A stretch of 64,000 bases of DNA from Thermoplasmatales archaeon (GTDB lineage: Archaea > Thermoplasmatota > Thermoplasmata > Thermoplasmatales > GCA-001856825), in contig JAJSLL010000001.1 of NCBI GenBank assembly GCA_026127935.1, positions 64,040 through 128,039 of the forward strand. Direction: 5' to 3'. Under the pieces are notes generated by a model. The model was not told the origin of the DNA. It did not search any database and was given only the letters and a program-made list of their open reading frames with translations. This document shows, piece by piece, positions 1 through 8,522 of the stretch (position 1 is its first letter; every line of letters begins with the position of its first letter). The position numbers were made by a program, and so were the translations under genes.

Positions 1-1785
1 GAGCATTTCACTTTCGTTCTGGGCCAGCAGTATCTGCGCTGCAGGATAGACTCCGTCCTGGAAGTTATCGGCCATTACAGGATGATTTCCTTGTTCCAGC
101 GTCTGGAAACCATAGTCCCACCAGGATATGAAAGCGGGACGTTGACTAGGCGACTGGTTAGCATCCTGGTTTTGGAACCACGCTAGTGCCCTGTTCCACG
201 GCTGTTGTGGAGTAGCCATGGCTGCACCGAACGCCCCCAGATAGTACGGGGCAGAATAGTTCGCAGGTTTCAGGAAGTTAGGGGTATCGTTGTAAAGCTG
301 GCGATCATAGGAAGTCTTGTTGTTGTATGGAATGGCTGAATCGACAGCGTAGAATGTTGTTGGAACGATAAGGAGGAAGACTACGATGAGTATGGCTGCA
401 TAATGGGCAAATTTGAACTCTCTCCTAAGAGCATTCTTAATAGATCTTCCCTTAGACTTGTCGACTGCCTCTTTGAACGACAGTAGCTCGAAAGCCCTAA
501 CAACGATGTAGCCTGTAAGTATTGAAGCTGCAGTAGCACCGAAGTAAAGGAACTTTGAAGCTATCATGCTTATGACAATGATGCCACCGAAGTAGAGGAC
601 TGCAAGAGTCATATTGAATGTGGCAGTTCTTATCCACTTGTAGACTAGGTATGCGAGGCCAATGAAAGAGGCGAAGAAAGTAAAGGCACCGAATTCCAGG
701 AGGTCCTCTCCCAAGGGAAGTGCCTGGGCTTCGGCAATCGTATCGTATATCTTGTTCTTGACGAAGTAGTGCTGTCCTGAAAGTATCGATTTAAGGATGT
801 TGTCATCAAATTTGTAAAGCAATGCAATGCCCGCTGCTGCTATAACGATGAAAAGTCCGATGGACAATAACCATGGTTTCTTCTGTAAGAAAAGGAAATA
901 TATGGACACCAGAAGCAGGATACCCCACATCATTAATGGGTAGTCGAACCTGATCGGGATGAAGTGTGCGACATAATACCATGGGAAAGCTATGATGAAT
1001 GCCGAACCAAAGAAGAGATTTGAGACTAATATTCCGAGTGAGCTCTTTTTCTTGATTGCAAAGATTGCCAGCTGTAATACCGAAGCTCCCACGAGTATCA
1101 GCATCAGTGATATTGAGCCTACCCATGTGAGTAGCGATGCAGCCAGGGAAACTCCCGCTAGCAACGCGTAGATAACTGAAATTGGATTGCTTCTTATGGA
1201 TGGAACTATGCTCTTGACTATAGGCATGTCAGGAGCATCGAATTTGAAAGTATTGACGGCGCGAAGGAAGAAATATATGAACATCAATCCAAACAGTGCC
1301 GTGTAAATATCGAAGAGCCCGATAGTCCCGATGCTCTTCATAAGGGTCAGTGGAGACATAGCCACAAGGACGGCCGCCAACAATCCAACCTTGTACCCGA
1401 ACAATTCCTTTCCAAGATAGTAGGTAGGGAAAACGATGAACGCTCCTCCTATTGCTGTGCTAGCAATGAACATGGTCATGGTAGACTTGAATACCCCTCC
1501 AAGGAATGGGGAGAATGCATAGCCTAACAGGACTATCAGCCAGTGGAAGAACGGCGGTCTCGGGTTCTCAAGACCGATTGGATAATTGAGACTAGGATCA
1601 AACAATAACTGATGGTGGGTAGACAGTATGTACTGAACAATTCTCATGTTGTAGTATGCATCAGAACCTCCGGAAACAGCGTACTGCGCCTTTACCGAAG
1701 GACCGATAACGAAGTACAAACTCAGAAACAGGGAGAAGAAGAATGTTATCGCAAGGATAATTCCAGTCTTCGTCTCAGTGCTCAT
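1..1785 (-). CDS. aglB: Archaeal oligosaccharyltransferase AglB/STT3, N-terminal 595 codons; the 3' end runs off the left edge of the window
   Basis: Absent from the ORF track because it has no stop in the window. My own translation from the ATG at 1785..1783 gives MSTETKTGIILAITFFFSLF... It is open in frame to position 1 and has many hydrophobic segments. The diagnostic WWDYG motif is encoded at 109..123 (..RPAFISWWDYGFQTLEQGNHP..). Confidence 0.85.
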   Translation of the reverse strand, partial: MSTETKTGIILAITFFFSLFLSLYFVIGPSVKAQYAVSGGSDAYYNMRIVQYILSTHHQLLFDPSLNYPIGLENPRPPFFHWLIVLLGYAFSPFLGGVFKSTMTMFIASTAIGGAFIVFPTYYLGKELFGYKVGLLAAVLVAMSPLTLMKSIGTIGLFDIYTALFGLMFIYFFLRAVNTFKFDAPDMPIVKSIVPSIRSNPISVIYALLAGVSLAASLLTWVGSISLMLILVGASVLQLAIFAIKKKSSLGILVSNLFFGSAFIIAFPWYYVAHFIPIRFDYPLMMWGILLLVSIYFLFLQKKPWLLSIGLFIVIAAAGIALLYKFDDNILKSILSGQHYFVKNKIYDTIAEAQALPLGEDLLEFGAFTFFASFIGLAYLVYKWIRTATFNMTLAVLYFGGIIVISMIASKFLYFGATAASILTGYIVVRAFELLSFKEAVDKSKGRSIKNALRREFKFAHYAAILIVVFLLIVPTTFYAVDSAIPYNNKTSYDRQLYNDTPNFLKPANYSAPYYLGAFGAAMATPQQPWNRALAWFQNQDANQSPSQRPAFISWWDYGFQTLEQGNHPVMADNFQDGVYPAAQILLAQNESEML

Positions 1786-1799
1786 GTTTGTTAAGGAGT

Positions 1800-2060
1800 T
1801 CTTCAGCACCTTTATTCTGCTCATTGAATCCATCAAGTCCACCGATTATTCGGGCTAATCAAGAACCTCCATTAAAAGCTTTGCAGCGAATAGATGTCTG
1901 CATACTGACATCCTCTCCATCGCGAGCGATTAGAGGTTCCTGATTCAAAGAGTGGCAACTCGTAGACCTCCTTTTGAGAGTTCCGCCGTCGTAGCACTTT
2001 CCACAGGCGTTAATTCGGGAATGCCCTTCCCTACTTTTATCAGTCCAATATTACGGATGT
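1800..2060 (-). ncRNA. Predicted omega/reRNA region of the TnpB element, assigned by position only
   Basis: In this family the guide RNA overlaps the tnpB 3' end and the right element end. The hairpin at 1912..1936 falls in this interval. There is no covariance or expression evidence. Confidence 0.25.
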
Positions 2061-3200
2061 TTATTGCAGCATTCAGATCCCTGTCCATAGTTAGACCACA
2101 CGCATCGCAGTGATATACCCTATTGGATAGTTTCAGTTCATGTTTCATATTCCCGCACCTTGAACAGATCTTTGACGAGGGGTCGAACCTGCCTATCTCC
2201 ACTATCTCTGCATCTCTCCATTGAAGTTTGTATTTGATCATCTTCCTGAACTGGTACCATCCCTGGTCTGCTATGCTCTTTGCAAGATGATGATTCCGCT
2301 GCATGCCCTGTACGTTCAAATCTTCGATCACAACTGTACCGTAATGTTTGGCTATCGCAGTTGATACCTTGTGGCCGAAATCAGTTCTCATGTCCCTTAT
2401 CTTTTGGTGTATCTTCTGTACCCTGACTATCTGCCTCTTCCTGTTCTCCGATCCCTTTACCTTTCTTGAAAGCTTCTTCTGCTGCCTCTTCAGCCTTTTC
2501 TCCCTCTTCCTCAGTGCATTCAGCGGTTCTATCTTCAGTCCGTCGGACGTTGTCAGGAAAGATTTGATACCCATGTCTATGCCTATGATTCCTCTGCCTT
2601 TATGCATTTCATCATCCGATTCATAGTGTATTGAAGCAAAATATCTATCGACGTCTCTTGTCACAACAATCTGCTTTATGTTCTCAGGGATTGGCGATCC
2701 ATCCCTGTATCCTATCCCTTCGGTGAACTTGGGAATGATAAGCTTTTTCCCGTCTCTTTTGAATCCAGATGGGACGATGAAATACTGGTTGTCCTTCTTC
2801 GATCTGAAATTTGGATAATCCGTATTCTTCTTGAAGAATGATCTGAATGCCTTATCTAGTTCAACCAGGGAATGCTGAAGGCTCTGCGAGTTGATCTCAT
2901 TTAGCCACACTTTCTCTTTCTTCAGAGATGTGAGCATCTTCATGGTGTCGAAGACGGTCAATCCTTTCTTCCTGTCGTTCCTATGTTCTGCATAGTATTT
3001 GTTCCTGATGTCGAGGAAATGGTTGTACACAAATCTGCAAGACCCAAAGTGCCTTTCAAGAAGTATCTTTTGACTTTCGTCTGGATACAATCTTACCTTG
3101 AGTGCCTTGATCACTGCTTACATAACCCATCCATTCCTTATAAATCATTCGCAATTCATCCACATCGCAAGCTCAGTGGCTTTCTTGCTTAGATATTTGT
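1860..3200 (-). mobile_element. tnpB-only (IS1341-like) IS200/IS605-family element; ends not mapped
   Basis: A solo tnpB with an imperfect palindrome downstream of its stop (plus strand 1912..1936, cctctccatcgcgagcgattagagg). This is the kind of subterminal hairpin this family uses. The boundaries given are guesses. Confidence 0.45.
1945..3114 (-). CDS. tnpB: TnpB (IS200/IS605-family OrfB, RNA-guided nuclease type), apparently intact
   Basis: 389 aa with the typical N-terminus MIKALKVRLYPDESQ..LLERHFGSCRFVYNHFL. RuvC triad candidates are GIDMGIK (D), VVIEDLNVQGM (E) and MDRDLNAAINI (D). Zinc ribbon CSRCG..HCDACG. No tnpA lies next to it. Confidence 0.9.
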   Translation of the reverse strand: MIKALKVRLYPDESQKILLERHFGSCRFVYNHFLDIRNKYYAEHRNDRKKGLTVFDTMKMLTSLKKEKVWLNEINSQSLQHSLVELDKAFRSFFKKNTDYPNFRSKKDNQYFIVPSGFKRDGKKLIIPKFTEGIGYRDGSPIPENIKQIVVTRDVDRYFASIHYESDDEMHKGRGIIGIDMGIKSFLTTSDGLKIEPLNALRKREKRLKRQQKKLSRKVKGSENRKRQIVRVQKIHQKIRDMRTDFGHKVSTAIAKHYGTVVIEDLNVQGMQRNHHLAKSIADQGWYQFRKMIKYKLQWRDAEIVEIGRFDPSSKICSRCGNMKHELKLSNRVYHCDACGLTMDRDLNAAINIRNIGLIKVGKGIPELTPVESATTAELSKGGLRVATL

Positions 3201-3453
3201 AAATTAAGACGTATCAACAGGGTCTGCAAATGACTTGAATACCTATATAAAAAGTGAACAGATGACGCTACAAAATAGTTCAAATAAGTTGACCGAAAAT
3301 TTAGCAATGATCATAAAAAAATGATCCAGGCATTCAAACGAAATTAAAGATATTAATGCAGTCAAGAAAGTTCAAATGGATGACGGAAGTATTAAAGCAT
3401 GTTCTGTTCAAGATGCGGTTACAGATCCACTGAAGCATCTGACTATGCGAGTT

Positions 3454-5376
3454 CTATTTGTGTGAGATAAACTCCAAAGCATCATTAATTTCCTTGCCGG
3501 TGAATTGGCAGGACTTATCATCGCATACTTGAATATTGTCAGTTCCAGGTATGAGTAAGACTTCCGGCAGGAAAGTCTTCCCCAGATAAGATAGGAATTG
3601 CTCCCTGAATATTTCAGGAGTCTCGATCTTCCTTTGTTTCCCTCTGAACAAAAGCGCAGATAGAAGGTAAACAGAGGAGAGCGGATTTCTAATCATTTCG
3701 TTTCTCCTCGAGTGGAGTATTGATTCGCTTAAGTCCCTGTATTCTTCTACTCCGGTTGCCATGTATAGTTTTTCAAGCACCACATACATGATCGACTCGC
3801 CTGAAGGATAAATGATATCCAGCCTGTCCTTGTTCCTTGATATGGATTTGTACATTCCTTCTCCACTGGTAAAGAATCCTCCATCCTTGGCGTCGAAGAA
3901 CTTTTCTCTAGCAGAATTAATCTTCTCGATCGCTTCAGAAAGGAACTTCTTGTCCCCCGTGTCTTCATACAGATCAAACATCAGTGCGGAGTAATAAGCG
4001 TAATCTTCGAGCAAACCGTCTACACCTTTCCTCCTGTTTCGCACAGTTCTGTAGAGAGAGTCTCCCTTGGAAAACAATTCAATAACTTTTCGCGATGTCT
4101 CGATTATCTCTTTGAAATGCCTCTTTGAACTCGATATTGAAAAAGCAAGTTCTGCAGAAAGAATCATACAGTTCCATGAAAGTATCGCCTTATCGTCCTT
4201 CTTGGGGATTCCTCTTTTGTTTCTAGCTTCAAGAATTACCAAATTTAATTCCCTCAGAGCCTTTATCTTTTCCTTTGAAACATTGAAGAGCTCTCTTCTT
4301 CTGAATACTATCCGATTTTCCGCATCTCTATCGAAATAATAGCTCTCCTCGATTTGTTTCCTTGTTTGGAGGTCAAAGTTTTCCTCGAGTTCCTTTTCAG
4401 TCCAAGTGTAATACTCTCCTTCATTCCCCTTGAAATCTGCATCCAGTCCGCTCACATAAAATCCGTCAGAATTCTTCATTTCCCTGTCTGCGAAATCGAA
4501 GATCTCTCCAGCAACTTCAAGAAAACCACTGTCGCCAGTAAATCTATAGAACTGAGTAAATGTCTGAATGGCCAGTGCCTGGTCATAGAGCATCTTCTCG
4601 AAATGGGGAAGCTTCCACTCAGAATCAGTCGAGTATCTGTGCAGACCGTGGCCGACCTGGTCGTATATGCCTCCATTACGCATGTTCTTGAGCGTCTTCT
4701 CTATGACGTACGAGAGATTCTTGGTACTCTTGGTATGCATATAGTTCATGAGAAAAAGCAGGTACGGGAAATTGGGAAATTTCTGCTGCTCCCCGAAGCC
4801 ACCACTCTTCCTGTCGTACATGCTTTGGAGGGTCTCAACTGAGTCTTCAAGCCTTATCTCCCCCTCCATCTCTTTATCCGGACTGAGGATGATGGAAGAG
4901 ACTTGATCGGTCGCTTCGATGATCCTTCCTCGTTCATTTTTCCAGATCTGGGAAATCGCATTTAGGATACCAACCATCCCACCGTTGCTGTCAGAATCCC
5001 TCGCAGGAAGGTAGGTGAACACCTGGAAGGGTCGCCCATCAGGCATTGCAATTACGTTCAATGGCCATCCTCCGCTCCCGTTCATTACTTGGGAAACATT
5101 CATGTAAAAGGAGTCGACGTCTGGCCTCTCTTCCCGATCAACAACGACTGGGATGTAATCTTCGTTCAGTATTTTTGAGACTTCATCATCCCTGAATGAT
5201 TCCCGTTGCATCACGTGGCACCAATGGCAGGTCGAATAACCTATAGTGATGAAGAGTGGTTTGTCTTCCTTTCTTGACTTCTCAAACAGGTCATCCCCCC
5301 AGACGTTCCATTTTACCGGGTCAGTCTTGTGATCCTCCAGGTACGGGCTCCTATTGAAATTCTCTTCTTTGTTCAT
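3454..5376 (-). CDS. DUF255/YyaL-type thioredoxin-domain protein with a six-hairpin glycosidase-like C-terminal region
   Basis: 640 aa with the hallmark N-terminal motif FITIGYSTCHWCHVMQRESF. The length fits the family. Confidence 0.85.
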   Translation of the reverse strand: MNKEENFNRSPYLEDHKTDPVKWNVWGDDLFEKSRKEDKPLFITIGYSTCHWCHVMQRESFRDDEVSKILNEDYIPVVVDREERPDVDSFYMNVSQVMNGSGGWPLNVIAMPDGRPFQVFTYLPARDSDSNGGMVGILNAISQIWKNERGRIIEATDQVSSIILSPDKEMEGEIRLEDSVETLQSMYDRKSGGFGEQQKFPNFPYLLFLMNYMHTKSTKNLSYVIEKTLKNMRNGGIYDQVGHGLHRYSTDSEWKLPHFEKMLYDQALAIQTFTQFYRFTGDSGFLEVAGEIFDFADREMKNSDGFYVSGLDADFKGNEGEYYTWTEKELEENFDLQTRKQIEESYYFDRDAENRIVFRRRELFNVSKEKIKALRELNLVILEARNKRGIPKKDDKAILSWNCMILSAELAFSISSSKRHFKEIIETSRKVIELFSKGDSLYRTVRNRRKGVDGLLEDYAYYSALMFDLYEDTGDKKFLSEAIEKINSAREKFFDAKDGGFFTSGEGMYKSISRNKDRLDIIYPSGESIMYVVLEKLYMATGVEEYRDLSESILHSRRNEMIRNPLSSVYLLSALLFRGKQRKIETPEIFREQFLSYLGKTFLPEVLLIPGTDNIQVCDDKSCQFTGKEINDALEFISHK

Positions 5377-5470
5377 TGTTTTCTGGATTTGTAACCGTAT
5401 ATTAATTCTTGTTCACTATGCTCCCGAAAAAGTCCAGTCAAATTTTCAGAATTTGAGATATAAGGCCAGA

Positions 5471-7090
5471 TCAGAATGTGAACCTCTTTTTCGAATAGTC
5501 AAAGAGTCTGATCCACAATAAGTAGCTCATGATTATGATCACAACGATCATGAAGATATCTATAGCATCCGTGTAGGGCAGATTTCCCTGGGCTATCGAT
5601 TCATCTATCAACTTCATAAGACCGTAGGAGACTGTATACGTCCCGCTGGGAAGCTTTGCATATTCTGCGACCATCAGTCCAGCCCAGTAACTTCCAATGG
5701 CCGACATTGAACCTGTGATTAGCGCAGGTATTACTGCCGGCAACGTGAGGTACCTCAGCCTTGCAAACCTCTTGAGTTTGATCGTGGTTGCAACCATTTC
5801 GTACTCCGCAGGAATACTCCTTGCAGCGCCGAAAACATTGAAGAAAATGTAAGAAGCAGCAGAAAGGAATGTTATAATCAATACGTCAACGTTCAGTGAA
5901 AAGTCGTAGCTGAATGTCCTCATCAGGAACGGAGTAAGGTAAACGAGGATGAGTGGGTAAAATATCGGGGCAGGGACAGAATAGAGAACCTGCATACCTC
6001 CATTTATCATGTCCCCCTCTCTACCCCTCTTGCCCGCTATGATTGCCAGTGGGACCATTGTTGCAAGTGATATGAGGTAGACGATCGCAATTCTGAGAAG
6101 GTCGTACGCCGTACCTATGCTCGCTTCTCTTAGGAACGATGGTTTCACAACGTAGAGCGTAAAGGCGGCAGCGAATCCTGATTGAGCAATCAGGTAGAGA
6201 GCCACTATGAGGATCAATATGAGAGACGAACCAATCATAACATTTAGGGCTCTAGAGGACGGATTCAATTTCTTTCCTCCCGTACTGACTGTTGACAGCT
6301 TAGATGACATTTTTCCAACCGAGGACACCAACTGAGTAAGAGATCCCGCTACCTGGGTAGTTCTCTGGGAGATGGAAGTCATTAACTCGCTCTTCCTTCT
6401 AGTTTTCTTCTGGTTCCCCGTTTCCGTCTCAAAGGTGAATCTTTCGACGCGTCGTATGAGTGGATTTATGATAAGCTGAGAGTTCAGTATGATCACTATT
6501 ATCATCACCAGAATCAGCAAAAGAGTACCAAAAAGATCCTGGCGCTGAGAAAGTGTTACCGCCACCTGCCCAATACCGAAAACGTGGTAATTCTGGGTCC
6601 CAAGCGATATGACTTCTGCAAGTGTGATGTAGAACAGTCCACTAGCAAAACTCGGCATAATATTTGCGACAATCTTCTGGTAACTCGCGGGGACGTACAA
6701 GTACTTGAGTTTTTTCCAGAGCGTCATCTTGATTGCGCGTGTAGACTCAATTAATTCCGGCGGGATGTGTGAAACAGCCTGGTATACTCCTGTTATGAGA
6801 TTCCAAACAAGGGCTGTGATGATCAGAACATCGACGGCGAGTTCTGTTCCAAGGGGTCCCCCAATATCCTTCAGGAAAAAAACCAACACGATCGGGAAAA
6901 AAGAGATTACAGGAATTGCTTCCAAAACATCGACGATCGGTATGAGAATCAACTCAGCAATCCTCACCCTTGCAGCCAAGATACCGAAAACGAGTGCGAG
7001 AAATATAGAGACAGCCATTAGAATCCATAATCTAAGAAACGTGATACCAGTGGCCTCGAGAATGAGCAGCAAGAGGGCGAAGCTTACCAT
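5471..7090 (-). CDS. ABC transporter permease with duplicated transmembrane domain (NitT/TauT-type anion importer family)
   Basis: 539 aa, polytopic, with two permease-like halves separated by a hydrophilic linker (..TETGNQKKTRRKSELM..). It is divergently paired with an ABC ATPase. Confidence 0.7.
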   Translation of the reverse strand: MVSFALLLLILEATGITFLRLWILMAVSIFLALVFGILAARVRIAELILIPIVDVLEAIPVISFFPIVLVFFLKDIGGPLGTELAVDVLIITALVWNLITGVYQAVSHIPPELIESTRAIKMTLWKKLKYLYVPASYQKIVANIMPSFASGLFYITLAEVISLGTQNYHVFGIGQVAVTLSQRQDLFGTLLLILVMIIVIILNSQLIINPLIRRVERFTFETETGNQKKTRRKSELMTSISQRTTQVAGSLTQLVSSVGKMSSKLSTVSTGGKKLNPSSRALNVMIGSSLILILIVALYLIAQSGFAAAFTLYVVKPSFLREASIGTAYDLLRIAIVYLISLATMVPLAIIAGKRGREGDMINGGMQVLYSVPAPIFYPLILVYLTPFLMRTFSYDFSLNVDVLIITFLSAASYIFFNVFGAARSIPAEYEMVATTIKLKRFARLRYLTLPAVIPALITGSMSAIGSYWAGLMVAEYAKLPSGTYTVSYGLMKLIDESIAQGNLPYTDAIDIFMIVVIIIMSYLLWIRLFDYSKKRFTF

Positions 7091-7238
7091 GGTTTCCCCC
7101 TTATAAAAGGACCGTAGAAATGCTTTTCTTCAGGGAAATAAAATCTGTATTCCATGAAATATGGTGGTTGAAGAGGGAGAAAGCAAACGACAGAAACGGT
7201 TAGCAGAACATTTTATAATATCAAGACTTTCAGATTCG

Positions 7239-7994
7239 ATGGGCTTCCTCGAGCTGAGGGACATAGGAGTTGAATTCGAGTCCAATGGGAAGAAACTCCA
7301 GGCGCTAAGCAACATCTCCTTCTCCGTAGATACAAATCAGTTCGTTTCCATTATAGGTCCATCTGGTTCCGGAAAATCCACCATAATCAAGATACTATTG
7401 GAACTGCTCACTCCATCAACGGGAACCGTTACGATTGGGGGAAAACCCTTGGGAAAAGCAAATCCAAAGATATCTGTAGTTTTTCAGAACGCAGCCCTGT
7501 TCCCTTGGCTTGACGTTCTAAAGAACGTTGAAATCGCCCTGGAACCGTTGTCAAAGGACGAGAAGTACATTAAAGAGACATCTGAGAAGTTCATAAAACT
7601 AGTTGGAATAGATGGTTTCGAGGAAGCATATCCAAGAGAGCTCTCTGGTGGAATGAAGCAGAGGGTTTCTATAGCGCGCGCACTAGCAACTGGCCCCGAT
7701 CTCCTGCTCCTCGACGAGCCGTTTGCTGCATTGGATGTTTTCACAGCCCAGGCACTCAGGGAGGAACTCCTCGATCTCTGGGAATCGCCCAGCTTCCCTC
7801 CTAATACGATTCTGATGGTGACCCACAACGTGGACGAGGCGGTCCAGATGAGTGACAAGATCGTAGTTATGAGCCACAGACCGTCAAGGGTTCTAGGAGA
7901 GGTGAAGATAGAACTCCCTAGGCCAAGGAACACAAGGAGCGAGGAATTCTACGCAGTAGTAGATGGCGTTGTAAAATTGATGTCTTCTGACTAA
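7239..7994 (+). CDS. ABC transporter ATP-binding protein (NitT/TauT family)
   Basis: Walker A GPSGSGKST, signature LSGGMKQRVSIARAL, Walker B LLLLDEPFAALD. The ORF-track start is 7161, but the in-frame ATG at 7239 (MGFLELRDIGVEF..) fits the family N-terminus better. Confidence 0.85.
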   Translation: MGFLELRDIGVEFESNGKKLQALSNISFSVDTNQFVSIIGPSGSGKSTIIKILLELLTPSTGTVTIGGKPLGKANPKISVVFQNAALFPWLDVLKNVEIALEPLSKDEKYIKETSEKFIKLVGIDGFEEAYPRELSGGMKQRVSIARALATGPDLLLLDEPFAALDVFTAQALREELLDLWESPSFPPNTILMVTHNVDEAVQMSDKIVVMSHRPSRVLGEVKIELPRPRNTRSEEFYAVVDGVVKLMSSD

Positions 7995-8473
7995 TCCTTC
8001 AACACTATGTTGCCAATGTCGCTGTCATAAGTGAAGAGCTTTGTATATCTTCCCCAGTTCAGGAGGATCTTGAGGATATCGTCGCTCTGACCTGGAGGAA
8101 ATACTTCGTTGAGATACCTTCCTACATCGTCCTTCGGGACTTCCTTCGTATTGAGCGTATTGAAGTAGGCGATCAGAGTATGGAATGGTTCAACATCCTT
8201 GACCAGAGAGTGCAGCAACTTCTTTCTCTGTTCAATGCTTGAACCAAGGAACTTTCTACCAGTCTCTGTGATGGAAACGTCTCCATTTGAAATTTCTATG
8301 AGCTTCAGGCTTTCGGCATCGTCAAGAAGATTCATCAACATTGTCCTCTCTTCATCGAGGGAATCATCGAGCTTCGCTATGTCGGTTGGTTTCCCGATGT
8401 CTTCCAGAATTTCGAGCAAACCAATCAAACTGTTAGGGCCATTGGTTTCAAGACGGTGCATGTATCGTTTCAA
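7991..8473 (-). CDS. Standalone AAA-associated C-terminal-type domain protein (the domain usually fused to NitT/TauT ABC ATPases)
   Basis: 160 aa with ..LIGLLEILEDIGKPTDIAKL.. and the C-terminal ..LLNWGRYTKLFTYDSD.. motif. It sits beside the matching ABC genes. The assignment rests on remembered family features. Confidence 0.5.
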   Translation of the reverse strand: MKRYMHRLETNGPNSLIGLLEILEDIGKPTDIAKLDDSLDEERTMLMNLLDDAESLKLIEISNGDVSITETGRKFLGSSIEQRKKLLHSLVKDVEPFHTLIAYFNTLNTKEVPKDDVGRYLNEVFPPGQSDDILKILLNWGRYTKLFTYDSDIGNIVLKD

Positions 8474-8522
8474 TAATCATTATCGGACCGAGTTTAAAAA
8501 TTTGTTGTCGAGGGACCGGGTT

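Noticed and set aside
7161-7238. 26-codon N-terminal extension of the ABC ATPase ORF.
   Set aside because: The family N-terminus begins near MGFLELRDIGVEF (7239). The extension would also consume most of the divergent promoter region.
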